DNA from: an uncultured Eubacteriales bacterium
Lineage (GTDB): Bacteria > Bacillota > Clostridia > Christensenellales > CAG-138
Length of the DNA: 57,975 nt
Direction of reading: 5' to 3'
Assembly: GCA_900318745.1 (NCBI GenBank)
Contig: ONMC01000004.1
Location: forward strand, 1-57,975
The position numbers and the translations under genes were made by a program. Shown here piece after piece: positions 25,584 to 35,659 of the stretch. The first letter of the stretch is position 1. Each line of letters opens with the position of its first letter. A model generated the notes under the pieces. It searched no databases and was not told the origin of the DNA. It saw only the letters and a list, made by a program, of their open reading frames with translations.

Positions 25584-27872
25584 ATGAAGACCCCACGCTT
25601 CGGCGTGATCGCGAACCGGACCGGCACGGCGAAAACAACCGTTCGCCGCACCGCAAAGACCCGGGTCCGCATCGCGCCGCAAAAAAGAAAACTGCTCGTA
25701 GCCATGATTTTTGCAGGGCTTGCCTTTGCGTTGGTCATCGGCAAGCTGTTCGTGGTGTCGCTGGTGCAGGGCAAGTACTGGACGAACAAGGCGATGAGCC
25801 AGTGGACCCGCGTCGTTTCGCTCAAGGCGGAGCGCGGCAAGATCCTCGACCGCAACGGCACGGTGCTCGCCTCGTCGTATACGACCTATCAGGTCTGCGT
25901 CAATCCGCAGAACATTCAGCCGAGCGACCGCGAGCGAATCGCAAACATCCTCTCGATGTATCTGGACCTCGACTATGACACCGTCTTTGCAAAGATCACG
26001 AAGAAGAAACGCGTGAACACGCCGACGCCGGACCCGAACAATCCGGACGCGGCGCAGAACGAAAGTCACGAAGAGGTCCTGCTTTCGCAGGTCAAGATCA
26101 AGGACCAGGTCGACAAAGAAGTCATTTCGAAGCTCAACGCAATGCAGCTGGGCAGCGGCGTCAGCTATTACAGCGACGTCAAGCGCGACTATCCGGAATC
26201 GGGCTATTATGCGCAGCTGATCGGCTTCACAAACATCGACGGCGACGGACAGACCGGCGTGGAACTGACCGAGAACAAATTTCTCGCGGGCGAAGACGGA
26301 CATCAGAAGATGGACACGGACCGCGACAACAACCCGGTCCCCGGCGGCGAGGAGGAGTTCATCGAATCCGTTCCAGGCGCGAACGTCGTGCTGACGACCG
26401 ACACGGGCCTGCAGGGCATCCTGGAGAACGCGCTCGAAGAGGCGTGCACGGTCAACAACGCGAACACGGCGTCCGGTCTGCTGCTCGACGCGCACACCGG
26501 CGCGATCCTGTCGATCGGCTCGTATCCGAGCTTCGATTCGTCGAACCCGCCGCGTTCCGACGCAAAGGTCCTGCTCGAGCTGTCGAAGAACCGCATCGTG
26601 ACCGACACGTACGAGCCGGGCTCGACGTTCAAAGTCGTGACGCTGGCGGCGGCGCTCGAATCCGGCGCGGTCACGCTCGGCACCGAGTTCAACTGCAAGG
26701 GATCGCTGACGGTCAAGGGAGACAAGATCAAGTGCTGGAAGAGCGGCGGTCACGGCAGCGAAACGCTCGCGGAAGCCGTGGCAAACAGCTGCAATCCCGC
26801 ATTCATGTCGATGGCGCTGCGGATGGGAATCGACACCTTCTACGATTACATCTTTCAGTTCGGCTTCGGCGAATCCACCGACAGCGGCGTGATGGGCGAA
26901 ACGAGCGGCAAGGTCACGCACAAGAAATACATCCGCGACGCGGACCTCGCGCGCATCGGATTCGGTCAAAGCATCAGCTGCACCGGCATGCAGCTTGCCA
27001 TGGCGTTCACCGCATGCATCAACGGCGGCGAGCTTCTGAAACCGTATGTCATCTCGGAGATCGTCGATCAGGACGGCACGGTGCTCGAAAAGAACGAGCG
27101 CACGGTCGTGCGGCAGGTGATCTCGCCGTCGACGTCGACGACGATCCGTTCGCTGCTTCGCAACGTCGTGGAAAAGGGCAGCGGCAAGAACGCGCAGGTG
27201 TACGGCTATTCGGTCGGCGGCAAGACCGGCACGTCGCAGAAATACGAGGAGGACGGCAGCGTTTCGAGCTCCAAGCTGATTGCGTCGTTCATCGGCTTTG
27301 CGCCGGTCGACGATCCGCAGTTCGTCTGCCTGATCATCGTCGACGAGCCGCAGGTGCCGCAGGTATACGGCAGCACGGTCGCGGCGCCGTTCGTGCAGCA
27401 GGTGCTTGCCGGCGCATTGTCCTATATGGGCGTACAGCCGGACAACACAAACCAGTCCGCGACGGTGCCGAACGTCAGGGGACTGACCGTTTCGCAGGCG
27501 GCGCGCATCCTGCGGGAAGCGGGGCTTGAAGCGGTCTATATCGAAGCGGAAGAGAATTCCACGGTCGGCAACCAGTCGCCGGCGCCGAACACGGTCGTCG
27601 TGCGGGGCAGCACGGTGCTGCTGTATTCGACCGGATACGCATTCTTTGCGGAGCTTTCCGAGGAAGTGGAAACGGTCGAAGTGCCCGATGTGGAGGGGCT
27701 GGACCGCATGGATGCGCTGGATAAACTGAAAAAAGCCGGTCTGATCATGGACTACGACAAGCACAACTGTGCCGGGACCGTGGTTTATCAGGACCTGACG
27801 GAAGGATTCAAGGTGCCGGTCGGAACGGTCGTGCACGTACAGTTTGAAGTCAAGAACAAGAACGATGATTGA
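25584..27872 (+). CDS. class B penicillin-binding protein (FtsI/PBP2B/SpoVD family) with two PASTA domains
   Basis: The transpeptidase motifs STFK, SCN and KTGT are present. Two C-terminal PASTA-like repeats are seen (VPNVRGLTVSQAARIL..., VPDVEGLDRMDALDKL...). Confidence 0.9.
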   Translation: MKTPRFGVIANRTGTAKTTVRRTAKTRVRIAPQKRKLLVAMIFAGLAFALVIGKLFVVSLVQGKYWTNKAMSQWTRVVSLKAERGKILDRNGTVLASSYTTYQVCVNPQNIQPSDRERIANILSMYLDLDYDTVFAKITKKKRVNTPTPDPNNPDAAQNESHEEVLLSQVKIKDQVDKEVISKLNAMQLGSGVSYYSDVKRDYPESGYYAQLIGFTNIDGDGQTGVELTENKFLAGEDGHQKMDTDRDNNPVPGGEEEFIESVPGANVVLTTDTGLQGILENALEEACTVNNANTASGLLLDAHTGAILSIGSYPSFDSSNPPRSDAKVLLELSKNRIVTDTYEPGSTFKVVTLAAALESGAVTLGTEFNCKGSLTVKGDKIKCWKSGGHGSETLAEAVANSCNPAFMSMALRMGIDTFYDYIFQFGFGESTDSGVMGETSGKVTHKKYIRDADLARIGFGQSISCTGMQLAMAFTACINGGELLKPYVISEIVDQDGTVLEKNERTVVRQVISPSTSTTIRSLLRNVVEKGSGKNAQVYGYSVGGKTGTSQKYEEDGSVSSSKLIASFIGFAPVDDPQFVCLIIVDEPQVPQVYGSTVAAPFVQQVLAGALSYMGVQPDNTNQSATVPNVRGLTVSQAARILREAGLEAVYIEAEENSTVGNQSPAPNTVVVRGSTVLLYSTGYAFFAELSEEVETVEVPDVEGLDRMDALDKLKKAGLIMDYDKHNCAGTVVYQDLTEGFKVPVGTVVHVQFEVKNKNDD

Positions 27873-27887
27873 TACGGGGGAAACAGT

Positions 27888-29321
27888 ATGCTGTTGTCTG
27901 TTATCGCCGCGGATCTCGGCCTGCCCGTTACGGGCGGCGACGCAGAGATCACATCGGTGGAATACGATTCAAGAAAGGTCAGGGAAGGCAGTCTGTTCTG
28001 CTGCATGAAGGGACTCATCAGCGACGGACACAACTTCGCCGCGCAGGCGGTGGACAAAGGCGCCGCGGCGCTGCTGGTGGAGCATCTGCTGCCGCTCGAC
28101 GTGCCGCAGATCGTCGCCCCGGACGGACGCGTTGCGATGGCGCATGCCGCCGCCGCATTCTACGGGCACCCGGAACGTGAGATGATCATGCTCGGCGTGA
28201 CCGGCACGAACGGCAAGACGAGCACGACGTATATGGTCAAGTCGATCGCGGAAGCAGCAGGCAAAAAAGTGGGGCTGATCGGCACGATCCACAACATGAT
28301 CGGCGACGAGCAGTTCGAAACCGGACGCACCACGCCGGAGTCGGCGGACCTGTTTGCGCTCTTGAGACGCATGGCGGACGAGAACGTGGACCTCGTGATC
28401 ATGGAGGTGTCGAGCCATGCGCTTGTGCAGGATCGCGTGGCGGGCATCCCGTTCCGCGTCGGGCTCTTCACGAACCTCACGCAGGACCATCTCGACTATC
28501 ACAAGACGTTCGATCACTATCTCGAAGCGAAGAAGTTGCTGTTCCGCCAGAGCGATCTCGCGATCATCAACATCGACGATCCGTACGCGGAACGCATGTC
28601 GGACGGGCTTACGATCCCGATCAAAACGATGGGCATCCAGCATCGCGCGGACTATACGGCGATCAACATCGACATCCGCACAGACGGCGTGCGCTTCCAT
28701 CTGCGCACCCCGAACGGCGAGGGTCCCGTGCGCATGCACATCTCCGGTCTGTTTTCGGTCTATAACGCGATGGGCGCGGCGGCGATCGCACAGTCGATCG
28801 GCATCTCGTTTGCGGACATTCTGAAAGGACTCGAATCGCTGTCCGGCGTTTCGGGACGGCTTCAGTCCGTCGATACGCACGGACGTCCGTTCGCGGTCTA
28901 TGTGGACTATGCGCACACGCCCGATGCGCTCGAAAACGTTCTGACGTCGGTGCGCGCGTTTGCAAAGGCGCGCGTCATATCGCTGTTCGGCTGCGGCGGC
29001 GACCGCGACCGCACCAAGCGCCCGCAGATGGGCGAGATCGGCGGACGGCATTCGGATTTTGTCGTCGTCACGAGCGACAATCCGCGGTCCGAGAATCCGG
29101 AGGACATCGTGCGCGCCGTGGAACTCGGCGTGCAGAAGAGCGGCACGCCGTACCTGTCGATCGTCAACCGCAGAGAGGCGATTGCCTATGCGCTTTCGAT
29201 CCTGGAGCCGGACGACATCCTTGTGATCGCCGGCAAGGGACATGAGAATTATCAGGAGATCAACGGCGTCAAACACCATTTTGACGACCGCGAGATCGTT
29301 GAGGAACTTTTGAAGGATTAA
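27888..29321 (+). CDS. murE: UDP-N-acetylmuramoyl-L-alanyl-D-glutamate--2,6-diaminopimelate ligase
   Basis: It has a Mur ligase fold (GVTGTNGKTST) and a DNPR motif (SDNPRSE), which is typical of meso-DAP-adding MurE. Confidence 0.9.
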   Translation: MLLSVIAADLGLPVTGGDAEITSVEYDSRKVREGSLFCCMKGLISDGHNFAAQAVDKGAAALLVEHLLPLDVPQIVAPDGRVAMAHAAAAFYGHPEREMIMLGVTGTNGKTSTTYMVKSIAEAAGKKVGLIGTIHNMIGDEQFETGRTTPESADLFALLRRMADENVDLVIMEVSSHALVQDRVAGIPFRVGLFTNLTQDHLDYHKTFDHYLEAKKLLFRQSDLAIINIDDPYAERMSDGLTIPIKTMGIQHRADYTAINIDIRTDGVRFHLRTPNGEGPVRMHISGLFSVYNAMGAAAIAQSIGISFADILKGLESLSGVSGRLQSVDTHGRPFAVYVDYAHTPDALENVLTSVRAFAKARVISLFGCGGDRDRTKRPQMGEIGGRHSDFVVVTSDNPRSENPEDIVRAVELGVQKSGTPYLSIVNRREAIAYALSILEPDDILVIAGKGHENYQEINGVKHHFDDREIVEELLKD

Positions 29322-29324
29322 CGC

Positions 29325-30356
29325 ATGGATACCATTGTTGTGAATTCGCTGCTCGCGCTGATCACCGCCTTCGGCGTTGCGGCGCTGCTGGGACCGCTGC
29401 TGATCCCGGTGCTGCATCGGCTGAAGTTCGGGCAGAACGTGCGCGACGACGGACCGCAAACACATCTCAAAAAGCAGGATACCCCCACGATGGGCGGCGT
29501 GATGATCCTGATCGCGATCGTAGCGGCGACGCTGATCTTTGCGCGTAAAAATTACTCGCTTGCGATCGTAGCGCTGCTGATGTCGGTGCTGTTCGGGCTC
29601 GTGGGATTCCTGGACGATTTCATCAAGATCATGAAGAAGCGATCGATGGGACTTCGCGCCTGGCAGAAGATCGCCGCGCAGTTCGTTCTGTCGCTTGTGT
29701 TTGCACTGATCATGTATTTTCAGCCGCAGACCGGCACGACGATCTTTCTGGATCGGCTGGACCTCGGCATCTTCTTCATTCCGTTTGCGATGTTCGTCAT
29801 CATCGCAACGGTCAATTCGGTCAACCTGATCGACGGACTGGACGGGCTTTCCTCGTCCGTCACGTCCGTTTACGCGATCGGGGTCGGCGCGATGCTGATC
29901 CTGTATGTGCTTTCGCACAACACCGCCGCAGGGAACACGGACGAAGCGCTTGCCGTGTCCGAACTGCTCGGCGGGATATCGGGGCTTTCGGTGTTCGCGT
30001 TTGCGACGGCGGGCGCGTGCCTCGGTTTTCTGGTCCACAACGCGTATCCCGCCAAGGTCTTTATGGGCGATCTCGGCGCGTTTACGCTGGGCGGCGCGGT
30101 CGCTGCGATGGCGCTTCTTTCGCGCACGTCGCTGCTGCTGCCGCTGATGGGCGTGATGTACGTCGCTTCGTCGGTATCGGTCATTCTGCAGGTCGGCTCG
30201 TATAAGCTCCGGCAGAAGCGGATCTTCCGCATGGCGCCGCTGCATCATCATTTCGAGCTCGGCGGCGTACCGGAAACGAAGATCGTTTCCATGTACAGCA
30301 TCGTGACCGCGGTTGCGTCCGCGGCTGCGTTATTGATTTTCTGGTTCTGTAAGTAA
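29325..30356 (+). CDS. mraY: phospho-N-acetylmuramoyl-pentapeptide-transferase
   Basis: It is polytopic, with the VNLIDGLDGL motif and a ...LHHHFE segment. Confidence 0.93.
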   Translation: MDTIVVNSLLALITAFGVAALLGPLLIPVLHRLKFGQNVRDDGPQTHLKKQDTPTMGGVMILIAIVAATLIFARKNYSLAIVALLMSVLFGLVGFLDDFIKIMKKRSMGLRAWQKIAAQFVLSLVFALIMYFQPQTGTTIFLDRLDLGIFFIPFAMFVIIATVNSVNLIDGLDGLSSSVTSVYAIGVGAMLILYVLSHNTAAGNTDEALAVSELLGGISGLSVFAFATAGACLGFLVHNAYPAKVFMGDLGAFTLGGAVAAMALLSRTSLLLPLMGVMYVASSVSVILQVGSYKLRQKRIFRMAPLHHHFELGGVPETKIVSMYSIVTAVASAAALLIFWFCK

Positions 30357-30371
30357 GGGGGTTCTGACAGT

Positions 30372-31721
30372 ATGGCAAAACAAAAAACGGCGTTGATCGT
30401 CGGCATGGCAAAGAGCGGCGTCGCCGCAGCGCGTCTGTTGTATCAGGACGGCTATCGCATCATCGTCAATGACATGAAGCCCGAGATCAAGGGGCTGTTC
30501 GATCAGCTTTCGGGCATCGCATATGAGGTCAAGCTCGGCGCGAATCCGATGGATCTTCTGGACGGCGTGGATCTGCTGATCCCGAGTCCGATCATCCCGA
30601 TGACGCGCAACTTCATCGTTGAGGCGAAGCGCCGCGGCATCGAGGTCATCTCGGAGATCGAACTCGGCTACCGCTATTCGAAGGCGGACTTCGTGTGCAT
30701 CACCGGCACCAACGGCAAAACGACCTGCACCGCGCTCTGCGGCGAACTTTTTAAGGCGGCCGGACGCAAAACGTTCGTGCTCGGCAACATCGGCGTGGCG
30801 ATCTCGGCGCACGCGCTGGAAACGAAGCCCGGCGACGTCGTCGTGGCGGAGACCGCGGCGCTGCAGCTCGAAGGCAACGTGCGCTTCCACGCAAAGGCGG
30901 CGGGCGTGTGCAACATCACGCCGGACCATCTCGATCACTTCGGCACGATGGAAAACTACATCGAAGCCAAGGCGAAGATCCTGGACAATCAGACCGCAGA
31001 CGACTATGCGGTGCTGAATTGGGACGATGAAACGGTGCGCGGCTTTGCTTCCCGCACGCCGGCGCATGTGCTGTACTTCTCGCGCAAGACGGAGGTTGAC
31101 GAAGGCATGTTCGTGCGCAGCGGCATGCTCGTGTATCGTATGAACGGCGAGGAAAAGACGCTGATGGCGGCGGACGAGATCCGCATCCCCGGCGGTCACA
31201 ACCTCGAAAACGCGATGCTCTGCGCGCTGCTGGCTCTTTCGCAGGGCATTGCGCCCGAAACGATCCGCGAGGTCCTGATGACCTTTGCGGGCGTCGAACA
31301 CCGCATCGAATACGTCTGCACCAGAAGCGGCGTCGATTACATCAATGACTCGAAGGGCACGAATCCGGCGTCCACGGTCCGCGCGATCGAGGCGATGAAG
31401 AAGCCGACCGTGCTGCTGCTGGGCGGTTACGACAAGCACATCGGATTCGACGAGCTGTTCGACGCGTTCACGCCGATCGTCAAGGCGTGCGTCGTGCTCG
31501 GCGACACCAAACAGCAGATCCTGGACTGTGCAAAGGCGCACGGCTATGCGGATCTGTGCACCACGGCGGACACGTTCGAGGATGCGTGCGCGAAGGCACG
31601 CGACCTTGCAAGCCCGGGCGACTGCGTGCTCTTAAGCCCCGCATGCGCAAGCTGGGATATGTTCGACAACTACGAAACGCGCGGACGTGTGTTCAAAGAG
31701 ATCGCGCGCTCATACAAATAA
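30372..31721 (+). CDS. murD: UDP-N-acetylmuramoylalanine--D-glutamate ligase
   Basis: It has an N-terminal Rossmann fold (GMAKSGVAAARLL) and ITGTNGKTT. Confidence 0.92.
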   Translation: MAKQKTALIVGMAKSGVAAARLLYQDGYRIIVNDMKPEIKGLFDQLSGIAYEVKLGANPMDLLDGVDLLIPSPIIPMTRNFIVEAKRRGIEVISEIELGYRYSKADFVCITGTNGKTTCTALCGELFKAAGRKTFVLGNIGVAISAHALETKPGDVVVAETAALQLEGNVRFHAKAAGVCNITPDHLDHFGTMENYIEAKAKILDNQTADDYAVLNWDDETVRGFASRTPAHVLYFSRKTEVDEGMFVRSGMLVYRMNGEEKTLMAADEIRIPGGHNLENAMLCALLALSQGIAPETIREVLMTFAGVEHRIEYVCTRSGVDYINDSKGTNPASTVRAIEAMKKPTVLLLGGYDKHIGFDELFDAFTPIVKACVVLGDTKQQILDCAKAHGYADLCTTADTFEDACAKARDLASPGDCVLLSPACASWDMFDNYETRGRVFKEIARSYK

Positions 31722-31733
31722 ACCGGAGGCCAA

Positions 31734-32894
31734 ATGGCGGAACAACAAGCAAAAAAGAGATCGATTTTCCAACGCATCCGGGATGCGCGGCTTTTGCGCG
31801 GCAAGATGGACTTTTCCCTCCTGCTGGTGATTTCCGCACTCTGCGCGTTCGGACTGGTCATGGTCTTTTCCGCCAGCTACTATTACGCGCAGCACTATTC
31901 CGGCGCGAACAACGACAGCTTCTATTATCTGAAGCGTCAGATCCTGTACCTTGCGATCGGCTATCCGGTCATGCTGCTGGTTTCGATGATCGATTACCGC
32001 ATCATCGAGCGGCTGCGCTCGCTGTTCATGGCGATCTCGATCATCCTGCTGATCGCGGTGCTCCTGTGGGGGCGCGACCTGAACGGCGGCAAGCGCTGGC
32101 TGGTCATCGCCGGTATTTCGATTCAGCCTTCGGAGCTTGCGAAGTTCGGTCTCATGATCTTCATGTGCTCGTACATGTCACGTCACAGAAACGAAATGAA
32201 TTCGTTCCGTTACGGCATGATCCCGATGCTGATCGCGATCGGCGTCATTGCGGGTCTCGTCATGCTGCAGCCGAACATGTCCATGGCGGTTATCATCGGC
32301 TTCATCGGGATCGTTCTGCTGTATCTCGGCGGGTGCGATCTGAAGCAGCTTCTGATCCTTGCCGCGATCGCCGTCGTCGCGTTCTTCATCCTGGCGTTCG
32401 CGCAGCCGTACCGTGTTGCGCGTATGACGTCGTTCTCCAACCCCGAGAACGATCCGCAGGGCACCGGCTATCAGCTTTTGCAGTCGTATTACGCGATCGG
32501 CTCGGGCGGCCTGTTCGGCAAGGGACTCAACAACAGCTATCAGAAACTGCTGTACATGACCTACGGCGAGTCCGACTTTATCTTCGCGATCCTGTGCGAG
32601 GAGTTCGGGTTCATCGGCGGCTTCTTCGTCATTCTGATGTACGCGTGGATCGTGTTCCGCGGGATGATCGTTTCCATGCGCTGCCGCAACCGGTTCGGCA
32701 GTCTGCTGGCAGCCGGTATCTCGATCGTTTTCGGCTTCCAGGTATTCGTCAACATCGGCGTTGTCACGGGACTTTTGCCGACGACCGGTCAGGCGCTTCC
32801 GTTCATATCGGCGGGAGGAACGTCTCTGCTGGTCTTCCTTGCCGCAATGGGATTGCTGCTCAGCATTTCGCGCGACACGAATCCTTACGGATAA
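31734..32894 (+). CDS. ftsW: SEDS-family peptidoglycan glycosyltransferase FtsW/SpoVE
   Basis: It has about 10 TM helices and conserved PSELAKF and LPFISAGGTS motifs. Confidence 0.88.
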   Translation: MAEQQAKKRSIFQRIRDARLLRGKMDFSLLLVISALCAFGLVMVFSASYYYAQHYSGANNDSFYYLKRQILYLAIGYPVMLLVSMIDYRIIERLRSLFMAISIILLIAVLLWGRDLNGGKRWLVIAGISIQPSELAKFGLMIFMCSYMSRHRNEMNSFRYGMIPMLIAIGVIAGLVMLQPNMSMAVIIGFIGIVLLYLGGCDLKQLLILAAIAVVAFFILAFAQPYRVARMTSFSNPENDPQGTGYQLLQSYYAIGSGGLFGKGLNNSYQKLLYMTYGESDFIFAILCEEFGFIGGFFVILMYAWIVFRGMIVSMRCRNRFGSLLAAGISIVFGFQVFVNIGVVTGLLPTTGQALPFISAGGTSLLVFLAAMGLLLSISRDTNPYG

Positions 32895-32954
32895 CGGCAC
32901 ATTTCGGAGTCCTGCCGCATAAGATGCAGTATCATGCGGGAGGAACTGCGGAAC

Positions 32955-34208
32955 ATGTCGAATGTTTTGGTGCGCGGCGGCGCGAAACTGACGGGTGAGG
33001 TCGCGGCGCAGGGATCGAAAAATGCGGCGCTGCCGATCCTGGCGGCGACGCTGCTTGTGAAGGAACCGATACGGCTTTTGAACTGTCCGCGGCTTCGGGA
33101 CGTCGGCAATATGCTGCACATCCTGGAATCGCTCGGGTGTACCGTATACCGCGACGGGAACGACCTCGTCGTGGACAGCGGCACGGCGACGAATTTCGTA
33201 CTGCCGACCGCGCTCTCGCGCGAGCTGCGCTCTTCGATCTTTCTGCTCGGCTCGGTGCTGTCGCGCTTTTCGGAAGCCGACGCGCCGTATCCCGGCGGCT
33301 GCGAGATCGGCAATCGACCGATCGATCTGCATCTTTCGGGACTTCGGCAGCTGAACGCCGAGATCGTCGAGCAGGGCGGACGCATCCGATGCAAAGGAGC
33401 GAACCTTACCGGCGCGGTGGTCGACTTTGAATATCCGAGCGTCGGCGCGACCGAAAACATCATGCTGGCGGCATGCCGCGCAAACGGCACGACCGTGATC
33501 CGCAACGCGGCGTGCGAGCCGGAGATCGTCGATCTGCAGGGATTTCTGTGCGCGTGCGGGTTTCGCGTGAAAGGCGCGGGCACACCGACGATTTGCATCG
33601 AGGGCGTAAAGACCGGGCACGGCACAAGCTATCGCATCATGCCGGACCGCATCGTGACCGGCACATACCTCATCGGCGCCGCGATCACGCGCGGAGACGT
33701 CGCCGTGACCGATACGCGTCCCGACACGGTCGAAGCGCTGCTTTCGAAGCTCGGCGCATGCGGGTGCACGGTCACGCGCTACGAACGTGCGGTGCGGGTC
33801 GCTGCGGATGCGCGCGTGCGCGCGGTTGCGTTTACGGAAACGCGCCCGTATCCGGGATTTCCGACCGATCTGCAGCCGCAGTTGTTTACGCTGCTGTCGA
33901 TCGCGCAGGGAACGTCGGTCGTGGTGGAAAACGTGTTTGAAAACCGGTTCAAACACGCACAGGAATTGAAAAAGATGGGTGCGGATAACCGCATTCTGGA
34001 TCGCACGGCGATCATCACGGGAGTCGGGCGCCTGCACGGCGCGACCGTCACCGCGCATGATCTCCGGGGCGGCGCGGCGCTGATGCTCGCGGGACTTTGC
34101 GCGGAGGGCGACACGCTGATCGAACATGCGGAGCGCATCGAGCGCGGCTATGAACAGCCGGATCGCGTGATCGGCGCGCTGGGCGGCACGGTCGAACGGC
34201 AGGGCTGA
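32955..34208 (+). CDS. murA: UDP-N-acetylglucosamine 1-carboxyvinyltransferase
   Basis: GSKNAALPILAA and the active-site PGGCEIGNRPIDLH are present. I chose ATG 32955 (GGAGG 11 nt upstream) over 32934, which has no RBS. Confidence 0.88.
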   Translation: MSNVLVRGGAKLTGEVAAQGSKNAALPILAATLLVKEPIRLLNCPRLRDVGNMLHILESLGCTVYRDGNDLVVDSGTATNFVLPTALSRELRSSIFLLGSVLSRFSEADAPYPGGCEIGNRPIDLHLSGLRQLNAEIVEQGGRIRCKGANLTGAVVDFEYPSVGATENIMLAACRANGTTVIRNAACEPEIVDLQGFLCACGFRVKGAGTPTICIEGVKTGHGTSYRIMPDRIVTGTYLIGAAITRGDVAVTDTRPDTVEALLSKLGACGCTVTRYERAVRVAADARVRAVAFTETRPYPGFPTDLQPQLFTLLSIAQGTSVVVENVFENRFKHAQELKKMGADNRILDRTAIITGVGRLHGATVTAHDLRGGAALMLAGLCAEGDTLIEHAERIERGYEQPDRVIGALGGTVERQG

Positions 34209-34226
34209 CGCAGAAAGGAAAAAAGA

Positions 34227-35594
34227 TTGGCTAAGAAAAACAAACCGACCGATCGCGAACGGGACGGGTTTCTGTTCGAGGAAGGCGCGGGAACGGAGGA
34301 GGAGCTCGTCGATCTGTTCAACGACGACGAGCCCGATCCCGACGAAGCGGACGGGACAGCGATCGAAGACGGATCCGAAGCGGAGCCGGACGAGGGCTCC
34401 GATACGGCGGACATGCCCGTAAAAGACGAGGAGGACAAGATCCCGTCGTCTGTTTCGAGCACGTTCCGTTTCGATCGCTACGGTCGGCGCATCGATAAAA
34501 AGAAAAACCGCTACGGCAAACGCAAAAATGCGCCGAAGGCAACGACCACGGTTGTTGAGCATGATACGGAGGCAAAGCGCGAATATGACGAAGCGCGTGC
34601 GCGCGCCGAGGAGCGTGCCAGAATACGCGCGAAGGAGGAAGCGCGGCAGCGCGCACTGAAGAAAGCGGAAAAGCAGAAGCAGCGCAAGCGCAGTCTGTCC
34701 ACCGCGCTGTTCGGCGTGCTTGCCGTCGCGCTGCTGCTCGCCATGGTCTGGTTTGTGACGCGGCTTACGACGGTGCGCGTAGCGGACGTGCCGGACGGGT
34801 ATACCGAACAGGATATCGTGACGCTCAGCAAATTGAAGCGCGGACGCTCGATGCTGTTCCAAAGCACGGTGAACGCGGAGAAAGCGATCGAATCGGACCC
34901 GTATCTGGAGGCGACGGTGCAGTATTCCTTCCCGTCCACGGTGCGCATCGCGGTCACGAAGCGCGCCGAAGCCGCATGCGTGCGGTGGGGTCCGCAGAAC
35001 GAGTATCTTGCGATCATCGACGAAAAAGGAACGGTGCTCAACGAAGCCGCAGAAAGCGCGGGAACACTTTTGATCGCAGAGGGCATGAGCATTTCGAACG
35101 CGGCAAACGGCACACGGCTCGGAGATCCGACGGACACGCGCGTCGCCGCGCTGATCCGCATCCTGACAAAGCTCAAGGAGCTGGGCCTGCTTTCGCGCTC
35201 GCCGCGCATCAGCCGGATCGATATGACGGAGCTGATGCAGATCCGCATCTACACGGAGGGGACCTCGTATACGATCGAGGTCGGCGATCCGTCCAACCTT
35301 GATACAAAGCTGATGCTGCTGCAAAAGCACTGGGACGAGATCATGAACAAGGCGGCGGAGTACGTTCGCAACGGTCACGCGACCGCCACGATCTATCTGT
35401 ACGCAAAGGGCGGCGTCAGCATCTCGCCGTACGAGCCGGGCTACTCCTATGTGGCGCCGGTCACCACCTATCTCCCCGAAACGCCGCAGCCACAGGAGAC
35501 GCCGGAGGGCGGAGACGAACCGGACGAAAGCCCCGAACCCACAACGCCTTCCGTCACACCGATGCCGCACCAGAGCGATCCGTTTACCGGCTGA
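34227..35594 (+). CDS. ftsQ: FtsQ/DivIB-type cell division protein with long charged N-terminal region
   Basis: TTG start. About 170 aa of acidic then basic low-complexity sequence is followed by one TM helix and a POTRA/FtsQ domain (VADVPDGYTEQDIVTLSKLKRG...). Confidence 0.7.
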   Translation: MAKKNKPTDRERDGFLFEEGAGTEEELVDLFNDDEPDPDEADGTAIEDGSEAEPDEGSDTADMPVKDEEDKIPSSVSSTFRFDRYGRRIDKKKNRYGKRKNAPKATTTVVEHDTEAKREYDEARARAEERARIRAKEEARQRALKKAEKQKQRKRSLSTALFGVLAVALLLAMVWFVTRLTTVRVADVPDGYTEQDIVTLSKLKRGRSMLFQSTVNAEKAIESDPYLEATVQYSFPSTVRIAVTKRAEAACVRWGPQNEYLAIIDEKGTVLNEAAESAGTLLIAEGMSISNAANGTRLGDPTDTRVAALIRILTKLKELGLLSRSPRISRIDMTELMQIRIYTEGTSYTIEVGDPSNLDTKLMLLQKHWDEIMNKAAEYVRNGHATATIYLYAKGGVSISPYEPGYSYVAPVTTYLPETPQPQETPEGGDEPDESPEPTTPSVTPMPHQSDPFTG

Positions 35595-35616
35595 TCGATC
35601 CATATCATACAGACAA

Positions 35617-35641
35617 AAGCAGCCCCGAAAAGGGGCTGCTT
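35617..35641. terminator. bidirectional terminator
   Basis: AAGCAGCCCC-gaaaa-GGGGCTGCTT lies between the convergent ftsQ and flotillin genes. Confidence 0.75.
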
Positions 35642-35659
35642 CTGCGTAGGGGGGTGTAT

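Noticed and set aside
25437-27836. 799-aa ORF on the minus strand
   Set aside because: It is antisense to the PBP gene, which carries the STFK/SCN/KTGT motifs.
27969-30251. 760-aa ORF on the minus strand
   Set aside because: It is antisense to murE and mraY and has an Arg/His/Asp-rich, non-protein-like sequence.
32178-35603. 1141-aa ORF on the minus strand, the longest in the track
   Set aside because: It is antisense to ftsW, murA and ftsQ and runs across three independently supported genes. Its composition is Arg-rich. I do not consider it a giant gene.
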